The notes under the pieces: generated by a model
The model's database searches: none
Seen by the model: only the letters and a program-made list of their open reading frames with translations
Told to the model about the DNA's origin: nothing
Assembly: GCA_002450165.1 (NCBI GenBank)
Contig: DJYQ01000012.1
Location: 519 to 64,518 of the forward strand
Direction of reading: 5' to 3'
Length of the DNA: 64,000 nucleotides
Source of the DNA: Prevotellaceae bacterium UBA6974
Lineage (GTDB): Bacteria; Bacteroidota; Bacteroidia; Bacteroidales; Bacteroidaceae
Shown: positions 38,446-47,327 of the stretch, piece by piece
Numbering within the stretch: the first letter of the stretch is position 1
Layout of the letters: the number at the start of each line of letters is the position of its first letter
Made by a program: the position numbers and the translations under genes

Positions 38446-40778
38446 CTGTATTTGTTTTTTTTCTTTTTTTGTGTCGGAGCAGGTGCGTTATTCACTATTT
38501 CCATACATTCTTCGTATGACAGATTTTCTGCACGCTCATGCATGGCTTTTGGCAACTTATAGTTTGTTTTCTTATATACAATGTATGGGCCGTATCGTCC
38601 GTCCAAGACTTCAAGGTCCTTGTCCTCAGGGAATGATTTCAGGTGTTTCTTTGCGTTCTCCAGACGCTGCTGCAGAATCATTTGAACGGCCTTTTCCAGC
38701 GAGATTTTCATGGGATCCATTTCCTTGGGGATGCTGATATACATCTTGTCAATATTGATATATGGACCATACTTGCCGGCACCAATCTTTACGATACTGC
38801 CGTCAAATTCTCCAAGCTCACGCGGAAGGCGGAACAATTCCAAGGCTTCTTCCAGCGTAATGGTTTCCATGCTTTGTTCTGCTTTGAGCTGTGCAAAACG
38901 CGGTTTTTTCTCATTCTCGGTACTGCCTATTTGGACAACCGGACCGAAACGCCCTATTTTGACGGTTACCGGCTCCCCGGTCTTAGGATCATTGCCCAGC
39001 ACGCGTTCGCCTACACGATGTTCGTTATATGTATTCAAACTTTGTTCCACTTTTGGCTCAAAATCCTGATAGAAGCTGCGGATTACCTTTGTCCACTCGG
39101 TCTTGCCTTCTGCGATATTATCAAACTCTTTCTCAATATCAGCCGTGAAGTTGTAGTCCATTATTTCCGGGAAATTTTCCTCAAGGAAATCATTGACTAC
39201 GATACCGGTATCGGTAGGTAGGAGCTTGTTGCGTTCAGCTCCCAAAGTGATTGTTTTCTCTTCGTGAAGTATATCGCTTCCATTCAGGGTCAATATGCAA
39301 TACGGAACGCTTTCACCGGGCTTATCCCCCTTTACAACATATTCACGATCCTGAATTGTCGTTATGGTTGTTGCGTAGGTAGATGGACGTCCAATTCCTA
39401 ATTCTTCCAGCTTTTTGACCAGAGATGCTTCGCTGTAGCGCATTGGATGTTGTGCAAAGCGCTGTGTAGCGACAATTTCCTTTACTTGCAACTCCTGACC
39501 TTTCTGGACTGGCGGCAGAATGTTATTACCATTGCCTTCGTCATTGTTTTCATTGTCGTTGGTAGTTTGATATACTTTCAAAAAACCATCAAACTTGACA
39601 ACTTCGCCTGCTGCTGTAAATGAATATTTGTCGTTTTTGTTATTTTGATTAACTATTGTAATCACGGTGCGCTCCATATTTGCGTCAGCCATTTGGCTGG
39701 CAATGGTGCGTTTCCAAATCAGTTCGTAAAGGCGGCGTTCCTGACTGCTTCCCTGAATCTTGATACGGTCCATATACGTTGGACGGATAGCTTCATGAGC
39801 TTCCTGTGCACCTTTGCTGGAGGTGTGGTAGTTACGCGTTTTTACATACTCCTTTCCCATGCTTTCCGCGATTTGCTGTTTGCATGCTCCAAGGCATAGG
39901 GTGGACAGATTGACGCTGTCTGTACGCATGTACGTAATCATACCGTTTTCGTATAGGCGTTGTGCAATCATCATTGTTTGGGCAACACTCAGCCCCAGCT
40001 TGTGCGCAGCCTCCTGTTGCAGTGTACTCGTTGTGAACGGTGGTGCAGGCACACGCTTGGTAGGCTTACTTATTATTTCGCTTACCCGCAAATCAGCACC
40101 TTTGCATGTTTCCAGAAAATCCTCAGCTTCCTTCTTTGTGGCAAAGCGGTGTGTCAGTTCCGCTTTTACCTCCTTGTTATCGGTAGTAAATAAACTGGCA
40201 GTAACGCGGTACGAATCCTCTCCCTTGAAATTGAGTATTTCCCTCTCCCGTTCTACAACCAATCTCACTGCAACGCTCTGTACGCGACCAGCACTCAGTG
40301 CCGGTTTTACCTTGCGCCACAATACGGGGCTCAGCTTAAAGCCGACAATACGGTCCAGGACACGGCGAGCCTGTTGAGCATTGACCAGATTACGGTCAAT
40401 GTGTCGTGGATTCCGGATGGCCTCCATAATGGCATTTGGGGTAATTTCGTGGAATACTATACGTTTTGTATGACTCTCGTCAAGCCCCAGAACTTGTGCC
40501 AAATGCCAACTGATAGCTTCTCCCTCACGGTCTTCATCGGAAGCAAGCCATACAGTTTCGGCTTCGGAAGCCATTTTCCTCAGGGTTTGTACTACTTTTT
40601 GCTTGTCCGAGGGTATTTCATATTCAGGCTCGAACGATTCTGTATCTATACTGAAATTCTTTTTTTTCAGATCTCGAATGTGTCCGTAACTGGATTGGAC
40701 TACATAGTCATTACCAAGGAATTTCTCAATGGTCTTTGCCTTGGCAGGACTCTCCACAATAACCAGATTTTTCTTCAT
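38442..40778 (-). CDS. topA: DNA topoisomerase I
   Basis: The Toprim N-terminus is MKKNLVIVESPAKAKTIEKFLG. GMITYMRTDS holds the active-site tyrosine context, and the tail is Lys-rich. The listed longer start (40910) is a TTG upstream of the predicted promoter. Confidence 0.95.
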   Translation of the reverse strand: MKKNLVIVESPAKAKTIEKFLGNDYVVQSSYGHIRDLKKKNFSIDTESFEPEYEIPSDKQKVVQTLRKMASEAETVWLASDEDREGEAISWHLAQVLGLDESHTKRIVFHEITPNAIMEAIRNPRHIDRNLVNAQQARRVLDRIVGFKLSPVLWRKVKPALSAGRVQSVAVRLVVEREREILNFKGEDSYRVTASLFTTDNKEVKAELTHRFATKKEAEDFLETCKGADLRVSEIISKPTKRVPAPPFTTSTLQQEAAHKLGLSVAQTMMIAQRLYENGMITYMRTDSVNLSTLCLGACKQQIAESMGKEYVKTRNYHTSSKGAQEAHEAIRPTYMDRIKIQGSSQERRLYELIWKRTIASQMADANMERTVITIVNQNNKNDKYSFTAAGEVVKFDGFLKVYQTTNDNENNDEGNGNNILPPVQKGQELQVKEIVATQRFAQHPMRYSEASLVKKLEELGIGRPSTYATTITTIQDREYVVKGDKPGESVPYCILTLNGSDILHEEKTITLGAERNKLLPTDTGIVVNDFLEENFPEIMDYNFTADIEKEFDNIAEGKTEWTKVIRSFYQDFEPKVEQSLNTYNEHRVGERVLGNDPKTGEPVTVKIGRFGPVVQIGSTENEKKPRFAQLKAEQSMETITLEEALELFRLPRELGEFDGSIVKIGAGKYGPYINIDKMYISIPKEMDPMKISLEKAVQMILQQRLENAKKHLKSFPEDKDLEVLDGRYGPYIVYKKTNYKLPKAMHERAENLSYEECMEIVNNAPAPTQKKKKNKYS

Positions 40779-40809
40779 ATTCCAACGGATAATTGCGATT
40801 GTGCGGTCA

Positions 40810-40817
40810 CAAAGATA
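40810..40817 (-). promoter_or_regulatory. Candidate -7 box (TATCTTTG) for topA
   Basis: The plus strand reads CAAAGATA, 32 nt upstream of the ATG at 40778. Confidence 0.4.
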
Positions 40818-40892
40818 TAGGATTTTTCTCACTATCGATATGTTCTTTTTCTTTTTTTTCGTTAAAAAATTTCGCCTATACATAATTTTATA

Positions 40893-40900
40893 TATCTTTG
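40893..40900 (+). promoter_or_regulatory. Candidate -7 box (TATCTTTG) for the yqiJ-like/flotillin operon
   Basis: It matches TAnnTTTG, 24 nt upstream of the ATG at 40924. Confidence 0.4.
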
Positions 40901-40923
40901 TCTTCGACAAAATTGAATGCTAT

Positions 40924-41520
40924 ATGATACACGATTTCAACGTTTATTTTCAAGCTCAGACGCCACTTATGCAGATGTACTGGGTTATTGCCATTTTCTC
41001 CAGTGTGGTATTCATTATACAGATGATTCTCAGCTTTCTCGGTGTCGGAGATTCGGGGGATGCCAGCGATGTTGATGTCAGTTTTGACGGGGACGGTGGG
41101 GGTGATGCCCTTGACCACAGTGGTGCCATGCACCTTCTCAGTATTCGCAATGTAATATACTTCATGCTTGGCTTCGGGTGGAGCGGTATCAGTTTCCATC
41201 GTGCGATAGAAAACCAGATAGTGTTGGGCATTGTCAGCGTACTTACAGGTTGTCTTTTTGTTGCTATATTCCTGACATTGTTCCGTCAGATGCTTAAGTT
41301 GCAGAGTAACGGTGCGTTTGACATAAACGATGCTGTTGGCAAGATTTGTCAGGTATATATGCGTATTCCTGCAGACGGCATGGGCAAGGTTCAGGTTAGT
41401 TTTAACGGTAGCATACAGGAACTGGATGCACGCAGTGCTGGTCCCAATTCTATCCAGTCCGGGGCTAAAGTCCGTGTTACCAGTGTGGTAGGCAGGGTGT
41501 TGATAGTAGAAGAAGCATGA
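40924..41520 (+). CDS. NfeD/YqiJ-like membrane protein
   Basis: From MIHDFNVYF the protein has TM helices, an acidic Gly/Asp loop and a C-terminal OB-like segment (GKVQVSFNGSIQELDARS...VRVTSVVGRVLIVEE). It lies immediately upstream of a flotillin, as in the E. coli yqiJK pair. Confidence 0.65.
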   Translation: MIHDFNVYFQAQTPLMQMYWVIAIFSSVVFIIQMILSFLGVGDSGDASDVDVSFDGDGGGDALDHSGAMHLLSIRNVIYFMLGFGWSGISFHRAIENQIVLGIVSVLTGCLFVAIFLTLFRQMLKLQSNGAFDINDAVGKICQVYMRIPADGMGKVQVSFNGSIQELDARSAGPNSIQSGAKVRVTSVVGRVLIVEEA

Positions 41521-41540
41521 CTTATTAAATTATAATACGT

Positions 41541-42929
41541 ATGGAAATATTTGAAAATTTCGGAACAATGGCAGTTGTCGTTGCTCTGTTGGTAGTGGCA
41601 ATAATTGCCTTCCTTGCCAATCGTTATCGCAAGTGTCCTGCAGACAAGATTTTGGTTATCTATGGTAGTGGCAGCGGAAAACGCAGCAGTAATTGCGTGC
41701 ATGGTGGCGGTGCATTCGTTTGGCCTGTAATTCAGGATTATGCATACATGAGCCTGACTCCTATTGGCATTGATGCAAATCTGACCAATGCCCTCAGTCG
41801 TCAGAACATCCGTGTTGACGTACCATGTCGTTTTACTGTCGGTATAAGTACGGATCCTGAGTATATGACTGCCGCAGCAGAACGTCTCTTGGGCCAAAAT
41901 GCCCAGCAAATCCAGGAAATGGCTCGTGATATTCTGTTCGGTCAATTGCGTCTTGTAATTGCTACAATGTCTATCGAGGAGCTTAATAGCGATCGTGACA
42001 AATTCCTGGAAGCCATAACGGCAAATGTTGAAGTTGAACTGAAGAAGATAGGTCTGAAGCTGATTAACGTAAACGTTACCGATATCAAGGACGAGAGTGG
42101 TTATATCGAAGCTCTTGGTCAGGAAGCCGCAGCCAAGGCTATCAATGAAGCCAAGGTACGTGTGGCTGAGCAGGAGAAAGTCGGTGAGATAGGTAAGGCA
42201 GAGGCGGTTCGTGAAACGCGTATCCGTACAGCCGAGGCAAATGCTCAGGCTGTCAAAGGTGAGAACGAGGCAAAGATTGAAATTGCCAACTCCGAGGCTA
42301 ATCGTCGAGAGCGTGAAGCTGAGGCACAGCGTAAGGCTGTAGCTGCTGAAAAGGTAGCACAGGCTCAGGCTCTTGAGGAAGCATATGCTGCTGAGCAGAA
42401 GGCCGAGACAGCACGCGCAGACCGCGAGCGTGCAGCGCAGGCGGCTAACGTCCTTGTCAGTCAGGAAACGGAGAAGAAGAAGACTATCATAGCTGCAGAG
42501 GCAGAGGCAGAGAAGAAGCGTGTAAATGCCAAGGGTGAAGCTGATGCAATCTATGCAAAGATGGAAGCCGAGGCTAAGGGTCTGTACGAAATTCTTACCA
42601 AGCAGGCCAGTGGTTATGACAAGATGATTCAGGCTGCTGGTGGAGATGCGACAAAGGCATACACACTGCTCTTACTAGAGAAGCTTCCGGAACTTGTTAA
42701 GACACAGGTAGAGGCCATAAAGGGCATAAATATAGACAAGGTAACCGTATGGGACGGTGGCAGTAGCGCAGACGGCAAGGGAGGCACCGCCAGTTTTCTG
42801 GCAGGTCTAATGAAAAGTGTTCCGCCACTCAGTGATCTTTTTGACCAGGCAGGAATGTCTCTTCCCGAATATCTTGGTCGGGCAAAGTCCGAGCCACAGG
42901 CATCACCTGTCCAGGCTGACCAGGAATAA
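41541..42929 (+). CDS. Flotillin-family SPFH/Band 7 protein (YqiK-like)
   Basis: An N-terminal TM is followed by an SPFH domain and a long Ala/Glu-rich coiled coil (EAEAQRKAVAAEKVAQAQALEEAYAAEQKAE). Confidence 0.9.
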   Translation: MEIFENFGTMAVVVALLVVAIIAFLANRYRKCPADKILVIYGSGSGKRSSNCVHGGGAFVWPVIQDYAYMSLTPIGIDANLTNALSRQNIRVDVPCRFTVGISTDPEYMTAAAERLLGQNAQQIQEMARDILFGQLRLVIATMSIEELNSDRDKFLEAITANVEVELKKIGLKLINVNVTDIKDESGYIEALGQEAAAKAINEAKVRVAEQEKVGEIGKAEAVRETRIRTAEANAQAVKGENEAKIEIANSEANRREREAEAQRKAVAAEKVAQAQALEEAYAAEQKAETARADRERAAQAANVLVSQETEKKKTIIAAEAEAEKKRVNAKGEADAIYAKMEAEAKGLYEILTKQASGYDKMIQAAGGDATKAYTLLLLEKLPELVKTQVEAIKGINIDKVTVWDGGSSADGKGGTASFLAGLMKSVPPLSDLFDQAGMSLPEYLGRAKSEPQASPVQADQE

Positions 42930-42930
42930 A

Positions 42931-42970
42931 AATAATCCCAGTGACTTTTTTATATGTCACTGGGATTATT
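42931..42970. terminator. Bidirectional terminator between convergent genes
   Basis: A perfect 15-bp stem, AATAATCCCAGTGAC / GTCACTGGGATTATT, has a 10-nt T-rich loop. Confidence 0.8.
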
Positions 42971-42973
42971 TTC

Positions 42974-44248
42974 TTATCCCCAAAAGAAATAGCTAAAGCC
43001 AACAGCTGCGCAGATACCGGCAAGGTCGGCAAGAAGTCCGCAAGCAACGCTATGGCGGAACTTAGTTATGCCTACGCTGCCGAAGTAGATTGCCAGGATG
43101 TAGAATGTTGTATCGGTGCTTCCCTGGATAACACTGGACAGGTGACCGACGAATGAACATGTGCCGTGACTTGTCCACGTCTCAATCATCATACCACGGG
43201 CTCCTGCACCATTCAGAGGCTTGAGCAGGGCAACGGGCATGGCATCTACCCAGTCGCTGTTTACGCCGCATAAGTCAACAATATTGCGCAACCCCGTCTG
43301 TACGAGTTCCAAAGAACCGCTGGCACGGAAGACCCCAATTGCAACAAGCATTGCCACGCAATAAGGGATAATTGTAACAGCAGTCTGGAAACCGCCCTTG
43401 GCACCTTCGATAAATGACGAGAATACGTTCAATTTCTTTCGCATGCCGGAAAGCATGAAAATAGCAATCGTACCTAAAAGAATCATGCTTGTCAGCAAGT
43501 TGCAAAAGTTCTGTACCTCCTCGCTTGTCTTCATCCCATGTATAGTCCAGAACAATGATACCACAAGTGCGGCAATTACCGCAAACATAACCAGGAAGGC
43601 ACGACGAAACAGGTTTATCTTTTGATATAGGGATACAACAATAAGTCCAGTCAGTGTGCTGCACATTGTGGTAAGAAGAAGCGGAATAAAGACATCCGTA
43701 GGTGTAGCTCCTGCTGCAGCCATGGCACTGGCACTGCCAAATTCGGTAAGCATTGCCTGTGAGCGGTATGCCATGATACTTACAGGTATGATGGTCAGTC
43801 CGCTTGTGTTGAGCACAAGGAACATTATCATGGCATTGCTGGCGGTATCCTTTTTGTCATTGATGCTCTGCAGCTCCTGCATGGCCTTCAGTCCGCATGG
43901 CGTTGCCGCATTGTCCAGCCCCAACATGTTAGCGGATATATTCATAAAAATAGCACCCAATGCAGGATGATTCTTTGGAATATCGGGGAACAGTTTTGTC
44001 AGTACAGGACTCAGGATTTTTGCCAGTTTATATACGAGGCCACTGTCTTCGCCAATTTTCAGCAGTCCCATCCATAGTGTCAGAGTGCCAGTCAGACCGA
44101 GAGTGAGGTCAAAGGCATATTTGGACATTTCAAACGTAGAGTTCATCATTCCAGGCAGGGCCTCGGTATCCCCCATGAATAACAGGCGCGCAACGCCAAC
44201 CGTAATGCCGATTAGAAACAATGCGAGCCAAACGTAGTTCAGAGCCAT
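42974..44248 (-). CDS. Nucleoside-recognition-domain membrane protein (fused SpmA/SpmB-like)
   Basis: This 424-aa polytopic protein has the N-terminus MALNYVWLALFLIGI, typical of the family as I recall it. Confidence 0.75.
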   Translation of the reverse strand: MALNYVWLALFLIGITVGVARLLFMGDTEALPGMMNSTFEMSKYAFDLTLGLTGTLTLWMGLLKIGEDSGLVYKLAKILSPVLTKLFPDIPKNHPALGAIFMNISANMLGLDNAATPCGLKAMQELQSINDKKDTASNAMIMFLVLNTSGLTIIPVSIMAYRSQAMLTEFGSASAMAAAGATPTDVFIPLLLTTMCSTLTGLIVVSLYQKINLFRRAFLVMFAVIAALVVSLFWTIHGMKTSEEVQNFCNLLTSMILLGTIAIFMLSGMRKKLNVFSSFIEGAKGGFQTAVTIIPYCVAMLVAIGVFRASGSLELVQTGLRNIVDLCGVNSDWVDAMPVALLKPLNGAGARGMMIETWTSHGTCSFVGHLSSVIQGSTDTTFYILAIYFGSVGITKFRHSVACGLLADLAGICAAVGFSYFFWG

Positions 44249-44392
44249 ATTTGTCTATATTTGGGTGTTTTATATACTTAATTCCGCACAAAATTACGGA
44301 CTTTTATATTAGTAATCTTTGTTTTTCTACCGAGTTTATGTTGATTAACATGTTTTAACGGCAAAACAATGTGCATTGCTCTTGCAATAGCA

Positions 44393-44400
44393 TAAATTTG
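44393..44400 (+). promoter_or_regulatory. Candidate -7 box (TAAATTTG) for the TonB-dependent receptor operon
   Basis: It matches TAnnTTTG, 21 nt upstream of the GTG start at 44421. Confidence 0.4.
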
Positions 44401-44420
44401 CACGGTCATATATATAATTT

Positions 44421-46331
44421 GTGAAAATTTTTAATTTTCTTGCCATTCTCCTGTTGTTATGCATAGGAACTACCTATGTTGCCAATGCAGAAAATACGGA
44501 TACCTTGACAATGAACGAGGTTGTCGTAACAGGGGTTCGTGAAGGTACCACACAATCGCAGCTACCCGTTACGGTCAGTGTTTTGGATAGGACAGAATTG
44601 TGCCGTACGTATCGTGCAGAAATTCTGCCATCACTCTTGGAACAGGTTCCAGGAGTCATGGTTACTTCACGCGGAATGATGGGTTACGGTGTAAGTACAG
44701 GAGCAGCCGGAGGCATATTGGTTCGTGGTCTGTCATCAAGTAATGCGCAAGTACTGGTACTGATAGACGGACACCCTCAGTATAATGGCATTTTTGGCCA
44801 TTCTATCGCAGACAGCTACCAGACATTGATTGCAGACCGTGTCGAGGTCATACGCGGTCCGGCTTCTCTCCTGTATGGTTCGAATGCTATGGGAGGCGTA
44901 GTAAATATAATAACGCGACAGGTACCTGCGGCAGACAGTCTGGGCAGATGCGTCAACAGTAATACAAGCATTCAGGTTGGCGGTGGCAGTTACGGCACCT
45001 TTCAAGCCGAAGCTGCAAACCAACTGCGATATAGGAAATTCTACAGCACAATATTAGCACAATACGGACGTAGCGATAACCACAGACCCAACATGGGTTT
45101 CCAGCAGTACGGGGGGCTTGTCAAGTTGGGTTGGGATATTTCAAGCCATTGGACATTGACAGGCGACATGGACGTAACCCATTTTGACGCTTCCAACCCA
45201 GGTAGCGTCAGCAAACCAATGCTGGAAAATGACCAAATCATTACAAGGTGTCAGGCAAATGTCGTGTTGCATAATAGATATGGACGTCACTGTGGAGCCT
45301 TTAGCGTGTACGACAATTTCGGGTACCATAAGATTAACGATGGCTATGTAGCAGGCGGCACTCCGCAGACAGATCTGTTTAACTCGTATGATGCAGTAGC
45401 GGGTTTCTCGGCATACGAGAATCTTAATTTTTTTCTTAAGAATCCAATGTCGTTGACCGTTGGATTGGACTACAAGCACATTCATGGCCATGCGTGGTAT
45501 TCTGACAGGATAACGGGCAAGACGGTAACAACTCCCAGACGTTTGAAGCAAAGTACCCTGAGTAACGAAGACGAGATAGCTACCTATGTTGATATACGCC
45601 AGCAGGCAGGAAAACGCCTCATTATAGATGCCGGTATCAGGCTTGATTACCACACACGCGCCGGACTTGAGGCCATACCGCAGGCAGGTATCATATACAA
45701 GATTATTCCTACAGGTCAGCTGAGAGCAACTTTCAGCAAGGGATTTCGTAATCCAACGATGCGAGAGATGTTTATGTATGGTACAGCCAACAGCGAAACA
45801 CTGCATGCCGAGAGTATGCTGAACTACGAAATTGCATGGCGCCATACACCGTGTAACGGCAAGGTAGAATATGGAGTCAACATGTTCATATCAGATGGAA
45901 AGAATATGATACAGACCGTAAATGGGAAAAATATAAACAGCGGCACGTTTCTGAACAAAGGCATCGAAGCAGATTTTGTCTGGCACATATCCAGGCATTG
46001 GAGCATGAATACAAACCACAGCTATTTGCATCAGCGCAATGTAACTGTGGGAGCGCCGATTTACAAAGGTCATGTGGGCGCGGATATGAAATACGGTCGT
46101 TGGCAGGCATCAGCCTCGCTCACCATGTTGACAGGATTATGTACACAAGTCGCAGAAGATGTGGTCAGGGAGGATTTCGCCCTTCTGAATATTGCTGTCA
46201 GTTACCAGGCAGCACGATGTATGACATTGTGGGCGCGTGGCGAAAACCTGCTTGCCCAACGATACGAGATAAATTATGGCTATCCGATGCCGCGTGCAAC
46301 ATTCATGGCTGGAATAAAGGTAAAATTCTAA
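44421..46331 (+). CDS. TonB-dependent receptor (small, BtuB/FepA-size, no SusD partner)
   Basis: A signal peptide is followed by the plug-domain start LTMNEVVVTG and the C-terminal beta-barrel ending ...MAGIKVKF. Length is 636 aa. Confidence 0.9.
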   Translation: MKIFNFLAILLLLCIGTTYVANAENTDTLTMNEVVVTGVREGTTQSQLPVTVSVLDRTELCRTYRAEILPSLLEQVPGVMVTSRGMMGYGVSTGAAGGILVRGLSSSNAQVLVLIDGHPQYNGIFGHSIADSYQTLIADRVEVIRGPASLLYGSNAMGGVVNIITRQVPAADSLGRCVNSNTSIQVGGGSYGTFQAEAANQLRYRKFYSTILAQYGRSDNHRPNMGFQQYGGLVKLGWDISSHWTLTGDMDVTHFDASNPGSVSKPMLENDQIITRCQANVVLHNRYGRHCGAFSVYDNFGYHKINDGYVAGGTPQTDLFNSYDAVAGFSAYENLNFFLKNPMSLTVGLDYKHIHGHAWYSDRITGKTVTTPRRLKQSTLSNEDEIATYVDIRQQAGKRLIIDAGIRLDYHTRAGLEAIPQAGIIYKIIPTGQLRATFSKGFRNPTMREMFMYGTANSETLHAESMLNYEIAWRHTPCNGKVEYGVNMFISDGKNMIQTVNGKNINSGTFLNKGIEADFVWHISRHWSMNTNHSYLHQRNVTVGAPIYKGHVGADMKYGRWQASASLTMLTGLCTQVAEDVVREDFALLNIAVSYQAARCMTLWARGENLLAQRYEINYGYPMPRATFMAGIKVKF

Positions 46332-46353
46332 CAAAAACGAAATAGATTATATT

Positions 46354-47319
46354 ATGAAAAAGACATTGTCATTTTTAGTATTGGGGCTGTTGACGGCATC
46401 AAGCGCGCTTGCACAAAGCAATGTTTATGTAACACGTGAGATAACCCCCGAGTCTCTTGTCAGGATTTACAAGGCTCTTGGTCGCAAGGCAATCGGACGC
46501 GTGGCAGTCAAGATCAGTACAGGAGAATCTGAGAAGACTGGCTACCTGCGACCGGAATTCATCAAGCCATTGTTAGATGAGGTTAACGGTACGATAGTAG
46601 AATGCAATACAGCGTATGGCGGCAGCCGATGTACTACAGAGAAGCACTGGAAGGCCATCGAGGAACGCGGTTTCCTGCGGGTAGGCAAAGTAGATATCAT
46701 GGATGGCGAAGATACGATTCACATTCCGCTGAAGGATACTTCGCGCTTGAAATACGACATTGTTGGAAGCCACATGCGCAATTACGATTTCATGATTAAC
46801 CTGGCACATTTCAAAGGTCACCAGATGGGAGGTTTTGGGGGCGTGCTGAAGAATGCTTCCATAGGCGTAGCTTCCTCTGCAGGCAAAGCCTATATCCATT
46901 CGGCAGGTGTTACGGAAGATGTGGTAGAGTGCTGGAAGCATACTGGTGATCAGGATGGGTTCCTCGAAGCAATGGCTGCAACGGCACAAGGTGTACACGA
47001 GTATTTCAATGGAGGAAAGAACATCCTGTATATAAGCGTAATGAACAAAATGAGCATCGACTGCGACTGCAACGGCAATCCAAAGGCGCCCCTTATTGCT
47101 GATTACGGAATTGTCGCCAGCCTCGACCCCGTAGCCCTGGATCAGGCAACATATGACATCGTTGCCAATCTGCATAACGATGCACACAATAATACCAAAC
47201 CATTGCTGGACCGTATAAGGAAGCAGAATGGAACACACACGATAGAATGGGCCGAAAAGATAGGCTTAGGCTCCCGCCAGTATAAACTTGTCAACTTGGA
47301 CAGAAAACCAAGGAAGTAA
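46354..47319 (+). CDS. Exported DUF362-family protein
   Basis: The signal peptide is MKKTLSFLVLGLLTASSALA. LAHFKGHQMGGFGGVLKN and SIDCDCNG resemble DUF362 as I recall it. An HMM search should confirm this. Confidence 0.7.
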   Translation: MKKTLSFLVLGLLTASSALAQSNVYVTREITPESLVRIYKALGRKAIGRVAVKISTGESEKTGYLRPEFIKPLLDEVNGTIVECNTAYGGSRCTTEKHWKAIEERGFLRVGKVDIMDGEDTIHIPLKDTSRLKYDIVGSHMRNYDFMINLAHFKGHQMGGFGGVLKNASIGVASSAGKAYIHSAGVTEDVVECWKHTGDQDGFLEAMAATAQGVHEYFNGGKNILYISVMNKMSIDCDCNGNPKAPLIADYGIVASLDPVALDQATYDIVANLHNDAHNNTKPLLDRIRKQNGTHTIEWAEKIGLGSRQYKLVNLDRKPRK

Positions 47320-47327
47320 CAACAATG

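Noticed and set aside
40729-40923. An N-terminal extension of the yqiJ-like ORF that overlaps the topA start.
   Set aside because: The extension would begin inside topA and ahead of the TATCTTTG -7 box at 40893. The ATG at 40924 fits that promoter.
44249-44420. A possible second cobalamin riboswitch in front of the BtuB-sized TonB-dependent receptor.
   Set aside because: None of the conserved blocks (GCCACTG, GGGAAGGC, AGTCAGG-ACCTGCC) is present. The predicted -7 box is only 21 nt from the start codon.
45141-47238. Minus-strand ORFs of 234 aa (45141-45845) and 221 aa (46573-47238).
   Set aside because: They lie antisense to the TonB-dependent receptor and the DUF362 gene and have no recognisable features.
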